Virus genome (UHGV): UHGV-0080740
DNA from: a virus
DNA: 23,502 nt
Direction: 5' to 3' (one strand)
A program made the translations under genes and the position numbers. Every line of letters starts with the position of its first letter. Within the stretch, counting starts at the first letter, position 1. Positions 8,981-16,875 of the stretch are shown here, piece by piece. The notes under the pieces were generated by a model. The model did not search any database. It worked only from the letters and a program-made list of their open reading frames with translations, and was not told where the DNA came from.

Positions 8981-8997
8981 CGATCTATTAGAGCAAT
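8981..8997 (-). promoter_or_regulatory. C1 operator (Op2-like) overlapping ref promoter
   Basis: - strand ATTGCTCTAATAGATCG matches C1 operator consensus ATTGCTCTAATAAATTT; TATAAT follows on - strand. Confidence 0.75.
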
Positions 8998-9102
8998 GAT
9001 AGATATTTTGTTTATCGCTAATCACATTTTTTCACTTCAGTACCTGTGTGCTATACTCCTTCTTGATTGATTGGATGCGGAATACAAACCCGCTCTTTTG
9101 TG

Positions 9103-9129
9103 CAGCCTGGCTCCTTGCCAGGCTTTTTT
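9103..9129 (+). terminator. hairpin with T8 run (+ strand terminator; on - strand a 5' structure preceding the CCAATCAATCA motif)
   Basis: gcctggc-tcctt-gccaggc followed by tttttttt. Confidence 0.45.
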
Positions 9130-9441
9130 TTATTTCATCATGGAAGTTGTTAACGCTTTGGACCTTGCTGAACTGATTGAGAGGGCTTTGTCAACGTGCC
9201 CCAAAAATTCGCCAAACGCAGACATCACTTTAGCAAAACCGCGCCGTGCTTCTTCCTCGGTGGCATTCATCACGAAATGTTCAGCACCACGCATACTTTT
9301 GACAGGGAACGCAACGGATATTGAATCAATATCAGGCATTCTATCGCTCAGCTTTACAGTGACAATGACGGCTGGCGACTGAATATTAGTGCTTACAGAC
9401 AGCACTACATATTTTCCGTCGATGTTGAAATCCTTTCTCAT
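9130..9441 (-). CDS. hypothetical protein, 103 aa (cra position, downstream of cre)
   Basis: SD GGTGA 3 nt before ATG; C1-operator-like site upstream; preferred over the overlapping + strand ORF 9071-9382, which lacks such signals. Confidence 0.45.
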   Translation of the reverse strand: MRKDFNIDGKYVVLSVSTNIQSPAVIVTVKLSDRMPDIDSISVAFPVKSMRGAEHFVMNATEEEARRGFAKVMSAFGEFLGHVDKALSISSARSKALTTSMMK

Positions 9442-9457
9442 ATGTCACCATAAATAT

Positions 9458-9474
9458 CAAAGAATTAGAGCAAT
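9458..9474 (-). promoter_or_regulatory. C1-operator-like site upstream of the 103-aa gene
   Basis: - strand ATTGCTCTAATTCTTTG, about 12/17 match to operator consensus. Confidence 0.5.
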
Positions 9475-9491
9475 CATTTACGCGTTAATGG

Positions 9492-10523
9492 CTAATCGCC
9501 ATCTTCCAGAAGGCGCACCATTGCCCCTGTTTCACTATCCAGGTTACGGATATAGTTCATGACAATATTTACGTTGGTCCAGCCACCAGCTTGCATGATC
9601 TCCGGTATTGAAACTCCGGCACGGGCCATATCTCGCGCGGCTCCGACACGGGCACTGTGTCCAGACCAGGCCAGGTACCTCTGGCCAGAGTCATCCTTAG
9701 CCCCGTAAATCAATCGGTGAGTTGCTTCAAAAATCCCTTCCAGGGCGCGAGTTGATAGCTGGCTGGTGGGTGATGGCGAGGCAACACCATTTTTTCTGAC
9801 CCGGCAAAACAAGTAGTTATTCGGATCATCAGCCACACCAGAGACAGAAATCCATCGTTCGACCAGTTTAGTTACCCCCAGGCTAAGTGCCTTCTCTACA
9901 CCCGCGGTACTAACCAGAGTTTTCGTTCTGCCAATATGGATTAGCATTCTCCCACCGTCTGTACGTGAGATATCTTTAACCCTGATCCTGGCAATTTCGG
10001 CTATACGTAACAGGGTGTTATAAGCGATCCCCAGAAATGCCAGATTACGTATATCCTGGCAGCGATCGCTATTTTCCATGAGTGAACGAACCTGGTCGAA
10101 ATCAGTGCGTTCGAACGCCAATGCCTGTTTTGCACGTTCACCGGCATCAACGTTTTCTTTTCGAATCCGCCGCATGACCAGTGAAACAGCATTGCTGTCA
10201 CTTGGTCGTGGCAGCCCGGACCGACGATGAAGCATGTTTAGCTGGCCCAAATGTTGCTGGATAGTTTTTACTGCCAGACCGCGCGCCTGAAGATATAGAA
10301 GATAATCGCGAACATCTTCAGGTTCTGCGGGAAACCACTTCCGGTTATTCAACTTGCACCATGCCGCCCACGACCGGCAAACGGACAGAAGCATTTTCCA
10401 GGTATGCTCAGAAAACGCCTGGCGATCCCTGAACATGTCCATCAGGTTCTTGCGAACCTCATCACTCGTTGCATCGACCGGTAATGCAGGCAAATTTTGG
10501 TGTACGGTCAGTAAATTGGACAT
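9492..10523 (-). CDS. cre: Cre tyrosine recombinase, 343 aa
   Basis: MSNLLTVHQNLPALPVDATSDEVRKNLMDMFRDRQAFSEHTWK... recognised as P1 Cre with a few substitutions; loxP 419 bp upstream. Confidence 0.97.
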   Translation of the reverse strand: MSNLLTVHQNLPALPVDATSDEVRKNLMDMFRDRQAFSEHTWKMLLSVCRSWAAWCKLNNRKWFPAEPEDVRDYLLYLQARGLAVKTIQQHLGQLNMLHRRSGLPRPSDSNAVSLVMRRIRKENVDAGERAKQALAFERTDFDQVRSLMENSDRCQDIRNLAFLGIAYNTLLRIAEIARIRVKDISRTDGGRMLIHIGRTKTLVSTAGVEKALSLGVTKLVERWISVSGVADDPNNYLFCRVRKNGVASPSPTSQLSTRALEGIFEATHRLIYGAKDDSGQRYLAWSGHSARVGAARDMARAGVSIPEIMQAGGWTNVNIVMNYIRNLDSETGAMVRLLEDGD

Positions 10524-10530
10524 TTAACAC

Positions 10531-10752
10531 TCAGACAATAGTTTTAAGTAAAGTGTACAGGATTGGCTCTGCCTTTACCTGTTTATGGTTCTCGTCATAG
10601 AAACGCCAGCGACCGCGCGTGCGTTCTATTTTCTCTTCACCGCGCGATAATGACAGTTGGCAACTATCACGATCAAACCCTTTTGCCCGCCAGTAACCAC
10701 GGTTTTTCTCAAGCTCAAGATGAGTGGACACTTTAGCAGCTGAATATCCCAT
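10531..10752 (-). CDS. candidate small basic protein, 73 aa, between loxP and cre
   Basis: SD GAGGTG 4 nt before ATG; stop 8 nt before cre ATG; CCAATCAATCA motif directly upstream of SD. Confidence 0.35.
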   Translation of the reverse strand: MGYSAAKVSTHLELEKNRGYWRAKGFDRDSCQLSLSRGEEKIERTRGRWRFYDENHKQVKAEPILYTLLKTIV

Positions 10753-10782
10753 TTTTCACCTCTGATTGATTGGTGGTGCTAA

Positions 10783-10846
10783 GTGCGCTACGCGAAATCT
10801 GGAGCACTAACACTGCCAACATTTCGCAGATTTTACGTAGCGCAAC
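10783..10846. promoter_or_regulatory. imperfect 20-bp inverted repeat in the cre upstream region
   Basis: gtgcgctacgcgaaatctgg ... cagattttacgtagcgcaac (17/20 complementary) around a 24-nt spacer. Confidence 0.4.
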
Positions 10847-10849
10847 CTT

Positions 10850-10922
10850 GATCAAATGATCAAGTGATCACTATTTGACCTGATAAGGTATTGAACTGTA
10901 TTGATTTACAGGTAAATTGATC
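10850..10922. promoter_or_regulatory. cluster of four Dam sites (TGATCA hexamers) in the cre regulatory region
   Basis: GATC at 10850, 10858, 10866 and 10919; Dam-regulated cre promoters are described for P1. Confidence 0.5.
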
Positions 10923-10941
10923 ATGTTCAATAACCCTTAAG

Positions 10942-10975
10942 ATAACTTCGTATAATGTATGCTATACGAAGTTAT
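10942..10975 (+). other. loxP: loxP recombination site (34 bp)
   Basis: Exact ATAACTTCGTATA-ATGTATGC-TATACGAAGTTAT. Confidence 0.99.
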
Positions 10976-11018
10976 CAGGTCCGAAGAGGAGTTTACGTCC
11001 AGCTGCGCACAAAAATCA

Positions 11019-11035
11019 AGAATTATTAGAGCAAT
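11019..11035 (-). promoter_or_regulatory. C1 operator (Op99-like)
   Basis: + strand gaattattagagcaat is the reverse complement of the operator consensus. Confidence 0.7.
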
Positions 11036-11095
11036 AAATTTTGAGAGAAAAATCCCACTCCACCAGCTAAAAACTGGATTGTTTTTCATAGTTGT

Positions 11096-11122
11096 TTGAC
11101 AATTGCTCTAATAAATTATAGT
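11096..11122 (+). promoter_or_regulatory. coi-c1 promoter with embedded C1 operator (P99-like)
   Basis: TTGACA (11096-11101), ATTGCTCTAATAAATT (11102-11117), TATAGT -10 (11117-11122). Confidence 0.75.
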
Positions 11123-11356
11123 TTTGCCGCCGTTACGTAATACGACTTTGGATTCACTATTTAATGTGTCTTCAGCGTTGTAGAGCGGCTCAGAAGGAAA
11201 TGAGCAAACAGGGAAACCTTATACAACGGCATTACAGCTATGCATTGCTCATCTTACACACAGCGCAATGTTGTTAGATTACCCCAGCATGGATCATGGG
11301 TGAAACAGTAGGTCAGAGCTTCAGGCTCTGTGTTGTCAATACAGTGAGGCATAATT

Positions 11357-11566
11357 ATGGCTTTCATTCAACCAACCATCGACGACGTTAGACATTGCTC
11401 TAACGCTTTATCTGTAGACCCTGCCGAAACCGACGCTGCCCGCACCATTGCTGAACACTACTCAAAGATATCCAATCAGGACTACCGCATCACCCAAGAC
11501 GACCTGGATGACCTCACTGACACAATCGAATATCTCATGGCAACTAACCAGTTAGCCTCACAGTAA
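11357..11566 (+). CDS. coi: Coi, C1 inactivator, 69 aa
   Basis: 69-aa ORF directly upstream of c1 downstream of the operator cluster; size and position match P1 Coi. Confidence 0.8.
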   Translation: MAFIQPTIDDVRHCSNALSVDPAETDAARTIAEHYSKISNQDYRITQDDLDDLTDTIEYLMATNQLASQ

Positions 11567-11583
11567 ATGCACTAATAAATCTA
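11567..11583 (+). promoter_or_regulatory. C1-operator-like site between coi and c1
   Basis: atgcactaataaatcta; core tgcActaataaat has 1 mismatch to the consensus core. Confidence 0.45.
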
Positions 11584-11676
11584 TTATTTTTGTTTAATCC
11601 CTCTATAATATAGGTCAGTAATGACCGGTTTTCTCAGCCGGGCGTTATTGACCATGTCAATTCTGGAGGAGGATCA

Positions 11677-12528
11677 ATGATAAATTATGTCTACGGCGAA
11701 CAACTGTACCAGGAGTTCGTCAGCTTCAGGGATCTCTTTCTAAAAAAAGCTGTTGCACGCGCCCAACACGTTGATGCCGCCAGCGACGGTCGTCCTGTTC
11801 GCCCGGTTGTCGTTCTGCCGTTCAAAGAAACGGACAGCATTCAGGCTGAAATTGATAAATGGACTTTAATGGCGCGGGAACTGGAACAGTACCCAGACCT
11901 CAATATCCCAAAGACTATTTTATATCCAGTGCCTAACATCCTTCGCGGTGTACGTAAGGTTACAACTTATCAGACAGAAGCTGTGAACAGCGTCAACATG
12001 ACCGCTGGCCGCATTATTCATCTGATTGATAAGGATATTCGCATCCAAAAAAGCGCGGGGTTCAATGAGCACAGTGCGAAATACATAGAGAACCTGGAAG
12101 CAACAAAAGAGCTAATGAAGCAGTACCCGGAGGATGAAAAATTCCGTATGCGCGTACACGGCTTTAGCGAAACAATGCTGCGCGTCCACTACATTTCCAG
12201 TAGCCCTAACTACAATGATGGTAAATCAGTTAGTTACCATGTGCCACTGTGTGGCGTGTTTATCTGCGATGAAACCCTCCGTGATGGAATCATCATCAAC
12301 GGTGAATTCGAGAAAGCAAAATTTAGCCTTTATGACTCCATAGAACCGATCATCTGCGACCGCTGGCCGCAGGCAAAAATATATCGCCTGGCAGATATTG
12401 AAAATGTAAAAAAACAAATTGCCATCACTCGCGAAGAGAAAAAGGTCAAATCAGCCGCATCAGTTACGCGCAGTCGTAAAACTAAGAAGGGGCAGCCAGT
12501 AAACGACAACCCCGAAAGCGCGCAATAA
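11677..12528 (+). CDS. c1: C1 repressor of lysis, 283 aa
   Basis: MINYVYGEQLYQEFVSFRDLFLKKAVARAQ... recognised as P1 C1; SD GGAGG. Confidence 0.95.
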   Translation: MINYVYGEQLYQEFVSFRDLFLKKAVARAQHVDAASDGRPVRPVVVLPFKETDSIQAEIDKWTLMARELEQYPDLNIPKTILYPVPNILRGVRKVTTYQTEAVNSVNMTAGRIIHLIDKDIRIQKSAGFNEHSAKYIENLEATKELMKQYPEDEKFRMRVHGFSETMLRVHYISSSPNYNDGKSVSYHVPLCGVFICDETLRDGIIINGEFEKAKFSLYDSIEPIICDRWPQAKIYRLADIENVKKQIAITREEKKVKSAASVTRSRKTKKGQPVNDNPESAQ

Positions 12529-12531
12529 ATT

Positions 12532-12553
12532 ATGCCCGGCATCAACCGGGCAT
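12532..12553. terminator. hairpin terminator between convergent c1 and antirepressor-like gene
   Basis: atgcccgg-catcaa-ccgggcat, A/T-rich flanks on both sides. Confidence 0.5.
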
Positions 12554-12560
12554 TCTTCCA

Positions 12561-13706
12561 TTATTCAGCCGCCACCGGTTTTAACAAGCCAGCATCGAGC
12601 AGTTTACGCGTCAACCACTGTTGTCCTTTCCCCGTTAATTGGGGCGTCAGCCGTATCTGGTAGCCATCTTCATCATCCAGCACCACTTCTTTCACTGTGA
12701 AATATCCGGCGTTTATGTACTGCTGGAACGGCACATTTTTACGCCCGCCGGACGCTATCAGAATGCCGTTCTCCCGTAACCAGGCAAACAGCGCGTTTTG
12801 CTTCAGCCCAACAACCTTTGCAAAATTACCAATCAGGATCCCCTTAGCCACTGATACACGGTCGGCAAAATCGACCTTGGGGGCTGCGGCCACCAGTTGT
12901 TGATTTAGCTGGTGGGCCTTCTGTTCCAGTAGCTGCTTTTGTTCAGCCAGCTCGGCAGCCAGGCGCAAGGCTTCAGGTAGTGTTTGGGGGATTGCGACCG
13001 GTTGCTGTTCTTTTTGCCGGAAGTAGCTGTCTTCCAGTTTTTCAAAGAATGCCCATGCTTCATCTGTGTTTACGATCTTAGACATGCGTGCCGCTCCGCG
13101 TTCGGCCCAAAGAATTACCTGGCTTGTATATTTGCTAACCAGGTGACTAGTAGTCACCAGCCTTTTAAATTCCTTTAATTTTGAACCAGTTAAGAGATAG
13201 TAATGCTTACCTTCTTCAAAGCGATCGGAGTTGCGAGACAAATTTTTACGAATATTAGCTTCATCGGTTCCATACCCCTTAGCAAGAGTTTCGGTCGTTA
13301 CTACACGCACTCCCAGCCATTCCAGAACGGGAATTTCATCAGACTGATTCTGAACAACCACCAGCTCTGATTCCTGAACTGAAGTTGCATGAATTTTTTC
13401 TGATTTAACGTTAGTTGCTTTCATTCTGTGTGCCTCCTTGCGTGCTTCGGCTGCGACGGTTGCGTAATTCAGATGACCCTGTTCGAGCAGGTATTCACGG
13501 ATATCGGTCACAGCGATAGCCTTTAAGCGCAGATAAACATCGCGCTTATCGACATCCAGATGCGGGTATTCCTTTTCAAGAATTGCTGCGAGTTCTTTCG
13601 CTGATAGAAGAGATTTAGTGCGGATCATGTAATCCGCAATCTCGTACGATGTTATTCGTGAGTGATTTATTTCCATGAAGTGGCGTCCCTGCCAGTTAAG
13701 TAACAT
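12561..13706 (-). CDS. antirepressor-like protein with KilA-N/ORF6N-type and KilAC (ANT) domains, 371-381 aa
   Basis: Central segment VRVVTTETLAKGYGTDEANIRKNLSRNSDRFEEGKHYYLLTG fits ORF6N/KilA-N; C-terminus GILIGNFAKVVGLKQNALFAWLRENGIL...NVPFQQYINAGYFTV fits KilAC; alternative start at 13676. Confidence 0.7.
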   Translation of the reverse strand: MLLNWQGRHFMEINHSRITSYEIADYMIRTKSLLSAKELAAILEKEYPHLDVDKRDVYLRLKAIAVTDIREYLLEQGHLNYATVAAEARKEAHRMKATNVKSEKIHATSVQESELVVVQNQSDEIPVLEWLGVRVVTTETLAKGYGTDEANIRKNLSRNSDRFEEGKHYYLLTGSKLKEFKRLVTTSHLVSKYTSQVILWAERGAARMSKIVNTDEAWAFFEKLEDSYFRQKEQQPVAIPQTLPEALRLAAELAEQKQLLEQKAHQLNQQLVAAAPKVDFADRVSVAKGILIGNFAKVVGLKQNALFAWLRENGILIASGGRKNVPFQQYINAGYFTVKEVVLDDEDGYQIRLTPQLTGKGQQWLTRKLLDAGLLKPVAAE

Positions 13707-13776
13707 CCTGTCACCTACTGATTAGCCCATGTCAACTAATCAACGTCGAATATAATACCCTCGATTAAAGAAATAG

Positions 13777-13793
13777 CAATACATTAGAGCAAT
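13777..13793 (-). promoter_or_regulatory. C1 operator upstream of the antirepressor-like gene
   Basis: - strand ATTGCTCTAATGTATTG followed by TATTAT -10-like. Confidence 0.6.
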
Positions 13794-13794
13794 T

Positions 13795-14841
13795 TTATCT
13801 AACGCTCGACGAATGACTTGTGATAGCGCCGACTCCAAGCGCGTAATCAAAGAACAATCGTTGATGCATCGCCAGCCTACCGTGCGTCTTCTCCCAATTA
13901 TCGCGGTCACGCTCAATATCACGCTGGCATGACTGGCACAGAGGAATAGCATAAATGTCATGCGCGCATAATCGACTATAACGAACGATATAAGGCGTAA
14001 TGTGAGCGCCAGCTCCCGCCGCTCCACACCCACAGCATGGACGGGAAGCAACAAAGTCCATGTACTCAGGTAATTTTAGCGATTGCAGTTTTGGTATTTT
14101 GAAATGCGCCATACCTGGGTCGGAGTCAACATCCACAGGGCATACTTTTGCACGCATCGGCGCGGCGCGTTCTTCCATCATCTGAACATATGCTGTAGCG
14201 CGATCGTCATACGGGCGAATATCCGCCTCTTTCAGTGGTCCGCTATCCTGCGGAGTAGCCTTCATCTTATTTATTATTGATATGCGGCAGACTTCTTCCG
14301 GCATCAGGTGCATCATGTTGCGCATGAAAGCCCACCAGCACAGCTCCTGAATACTTAAATCATGGCTATTTGAAAGGCCCATTTCCTGACGGGCGACATC
14401 CAGTATCCAGTTAACGCGATTATTGTGCAGCGTTTCTTTCAGCTCATTAAAACCACGCATCCGGTAATGGTTATCGTGATGCCAGCACAACAACACCGCG
14501 CTATTGTCTCGTTCAGCGTGGACAATATGGTTGTCACACCAACTACGATCTGCGGCCTGGCATTGACCCTCTTTCCTACGCAACCACGCCACCAGCGCGT
14601 CAATTCCACCAATACGGCGAAACAGTTCATCGCTGTTAAAAAACGGCTGCAACGCCTCATTTGTTGCCATGGTTTGCTCGGTAACAACGAGGCCGTCTTC
14701 CATGTGCTCGATTAACTCACGCGGCACCGGCTCCATAATAAATTTACGGCCAGCCTCCACCAGCTTTCTGACCTCCTGATCCACTTTGAACGTGGCGAGG
14801 CCAAGCTCTTTCTGTACAAAGGGAGTAATTACGGCTTTCAC
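13795..14841 (-). CDS. hypothetical protein, 348 aa, with C-terminal Cys/His cluster
   Basis: GTG start with SD AAAGG; C-terminus PCCGCG...HITPY...[15 protein letters not shown] resembles a zinc/HNH-like module; possibly pdcB-position gene. Confidence 0.6.
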   Translation of the reverse strand: MKAVITPFVQKELGLATFKVDQEVRKLVEAGRKFIMEPVPRELIEHMEDGLVVTEQTMATNEALQPFFNSDELFRRIGGIDALVAWLRRKEGQCQAADRSWCDNHIVHAERDNSAVLLCWHHDNHYRMRGFNELKETLHNNRVNWILDVARQEMGLSNSHDLSIQELCWWAFMRNMMHLMPEEVCRISIINKMKATPQDSGPLKEADIRPYDDRATAYVQMMEERAAPMRAKVCPVDVDSDPGMAHFKIPKLQSLKLPEYMDFVASRPCCGCGAAGAGAHITPYIVRYSRLCAHDIYAIPLCQSCQRDIERDRDNWEKTHGRLAMHQRLFFDYALGVGAITSHSSSVR

Positions 14842-14868
14842 ATCACACCTTTAATCACTGATTGGGCT

Positions 14869-15048
14869 TTATCTGCTGCCCGACATTATCTGTTTAAGCA
14901 CAACCATTTCCTGACGGCATAACACAGCAATAGCGGTCCTGGCACCAATTTGCTTACTAACCAGGTATTGCTTTATCTTGCGGCGACTCACGCCATCAAG
15001 AAGCATCTTTAACGCTTTACGGGACAATTTGTTGTATTTGCGTGCCAT
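14869..15048 (-). CDS. small basic protein, 59 aa (post-doc position)
   Basis: ATG at 15048 with SD GGAG 8 nt upstream, 4 nt after doc stop; track ORF extends to 15069 inside doc. Confidence 0.45.
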   Translation of the reverse strand: MARKYNKLSRKALKMLLDGVSRRKIKQYLVSKQIGARTAIAVLCRQEMVVLKQIMSGSR

Positions 15049-15052
15049 TAAT

Positions 15053-15433
15053 CTACTCCGCAGAACCATACAATCTACGTAACGTGGCGGCGACAGAAGA
15101 TACAGATATCTCGCCAGTCGCAGCGCCTACAGTAAGGTCTGCCAGTTCAGGTGAATCAAATACCTGCACCCCGTTACGGCGTAGAAATAGCAGCGCACTG
15201 TTTAGCGCGGTACGCTTATTGGCATCATTGAATATATGCCCTCTCGCTGTAGCCACCAGGTAGGTGGCGGAGACTTCGAAAAGGTCGGTGATCTCTTCGT
15301 AGGCAACTCTGGCCTGAACTCTCCCGATAATGGCCTCTGCCCTACCCGGATCTGACATTCCCGGCAGGCCGCCGTAGCGGTTTATATTCGCATCATGAAG
15401 CGCAATAAGTTCTTCCGGTGATATATGCCTCAT
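15053..15433 (-). CDS. doc: Doc toxin (Fic-fold kinase), 126 aa
   Basis: [40 protein letters not shown]... recognised as P1 Doc; TAATG overlap with phd. Confidence 0.95.
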   Translation of the reverse strand: MRHISPEELIALHDANINRYGGLPGMSDPGRAEAIIGRVQARVAYEEITDLFEVSATYLVATARGHIFNDANKRTALNSALLFLRRNGVQVFDSPELADLTVGAATGEISVSSVAATLRRLYGSAE

Positions 15434-15654
15434 TATCGGTTAACCAGTTCCTTGTTGGTGGAGTCCAGGGTGTCAAACAGGGATGCAAATTCAGCATCCA
15501 GCGCCGCTTTTTTGTAGGCTTCGAAAGTAGCCTTGCTGACAATTACTGCTGGCTCACGGCCTCTTCGGGTGATTTCAACCTCTTCCCCGGCTTCAACATT
15601 GTTGAGCACTTCAGAAAGGTTGCCGCGCGCGGTACGGAAGTTAATGGATTGCAT
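15433..15654 (-). CDS. phd: Phd antitoxin, 73 aa
   Basis: [73 protein letters not shown]; SD AGGTG 3 nt upstream. Confidence 0.95.
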   Translation of the reverse strand: MQSINFRTARGNLSEVLNNVEAGEEVEITRRGREPAVIVSKATFEAYKKAALDAEFASLFDTLDSTNKELVNR

Positions 15655-15660
15655 AAACAC

Positions 15661-15691
15661 CTCGTGTACTCGTTATGTGTACACAATTATA
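15661..15691 (-). promoter_or_regulatory. phd-doc promoter/operator with GTGTAC(AC) palindromes
   Basis: GTGTAC at 15664-15669 and GTGTACAC at 15677-15684, plus TATAAT on - strand. Confidence 0.6.
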
Positions 15692-15726
15692 AACTTCACA
15701 GGCATAAAGCACCAGCACTTTGCAGC

Positions 15727-16116
15727 TTAAATCACCGGACAATCATCAAATTCCCCACTTCGGGCATCATTAATGACATGAGTGATCACACCAAACACAG
15801 CATTACTCCCCGTGCATCCATCGTCATCCACTGGTAACGCCTCTTTCTTCCCGGTGCTTAAATCCTCCAGGTGCTGGCGCGGATACTTTCGGTATCTCTT
15901 TATGCGATATTCACCCTCCATAGCGCACACAAGCAGCGAACCATCAACTGGAGTAAGCGAAGAATCAACCACCAGCAAAGCACCCTGCAATATTCCCTCA
16001 CGGTGATGGCTATCAGCTGCCCGCATGAAGTAGGTTGCTGATGGATGTCTAATTATCTGCTGATCAAGAGAAATTCGGCTTTCAACATAATCCGCCGCAG
16101 GAGAAGGGAAACCCAT
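15727..16116 (-). CDS. humD: HumD, UmuD'-like S24 peptidase-family protein, 129 aa
   Basis: Begins MGFPSPAADYVESRISLDQ... (UmuD-like lacking the N-terminal pro-segment); LexA box upstream. Confidence 0.9.
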   Translation of the reverse strand: MGFPSPAADYVESRISLDQQIIRHPSATYFMRAADSHHREGILQGALLVVDSSLTPVDGSLLVCAMEGEYRIKRYRKYPRQHLEDLSTGKKEALPVDDDGCTGSNAVFGVITHVINDARSGEFDDCPVI

Positions 16117-16134
16117 AGCGTTTTACCTCAAAAA

Positions 16135-16154
16135 TACTGTTTATCTATACAGCA
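16135..16154. promoter_or_regulatory. LexA box (SOS operator)
   Basis: TACTGTTTATCTATACAGCA = CTGT-N8-ACAG; 21 nt upstream of humD ATG and about 140 nt upstream of divergent + strand ORF. Confidence 0.8.
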
Positions 16155-16290
16155 TACATTAAAGAAGCACCTTTGGTGCAAACGCGTTATGTACATCAAC
16201 CACCGCTGATGATTTTTGTGCGCTTTGCTACTATTCATCACCGCGGGATCAGCGTAACCTCGTTGCCAATCAGTTAATAAGGAATTAGCT

Positions 16291-16875
16291 ATGCCTAATC
16301 GCATTCCTCTCGATCCTGTATTGCCCAAAAATTTTGACTGCACTCCTAACGAGAAACGCTCTAAAGCTCAGCTGGACGCCTAGTGGGACCATCCATATGG
16401 GGTTACACAACCTGACGGGAAAATTGTAGTTTATTGTCTGAATGGTGGGGCGTGGGACCGTCCATCCGTGCTTTGTTTGGCAGATAACTATGATGAAGCC
16501 TGTGAACTTGCCGAAAGACAGCAGGCAAGCTGGGTAAAAACACGGTCTGAACCGACATTCATGTTTTCAAAAGAACCGCCATTTATACTGGCGAGGATGC
16601 CGCAGCGACCGGATCATCAACAAGAAATTGTTGCTGAATTTTCCTCAAGGGATGAGATGAATCTCTTCTCATTAAAGCAGGAAGAAAGGGATCGCGTCGA
16701 AGTGTCTCCAACTCTCGACCACAACCGGATGAACCTGGCCCAGCTCGCCTGGTACAGCAAAGAATTAGAGATGTCTATTGCCCGGCTTGAAAACGAAAAA
16801 GCCGCTATCCAAGTCCAGCACGAAGTAGTTCTGAACCGGATTAGAGAAATGCAAAACGATAACAGGGGATTTTGA
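16291..16875 (+). pseudogene. LexA-proximal ORF (lxr position) interrupted by in-frame amber at codon 31
   Basis: ATG 16291 with SD AAGGA 7 nt upstream, in frame with the 135-aa track ORF (16468-16875); single TAG at 16381-16383. Confidence 0.5.

Noticed and set aside
9071-9382. 103-aa + strand ORF overlapping the - strand cra-position ORF
   Set aside because: The - strand ORF has an SD and a C1-operator-like site and matches the cre-distal gene orientation; the + strand ORF has neither.
10850-10922. TGATCA hexamer cluster as a possible P1 pac site
   Set aside because: Only four copies, and it sits in the cre upstream regulatory region where Dam-regulated promoters are described; a pac site would be expected inside a pacA-like gene, which is absent.
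13740-14054. 104-aa - strand ORF overlapping the 3' end of the 348-aa gene
   Set aside because: Alternative frame of the same strand inside a longer, better-supported ORF.
16128-16343. 71-aa - strand ORF upstream of humD
   Set aside because: Covers the LexA box and humD promoter region and overlaps the start of the + strand ORF; most likely regulatory DNA.
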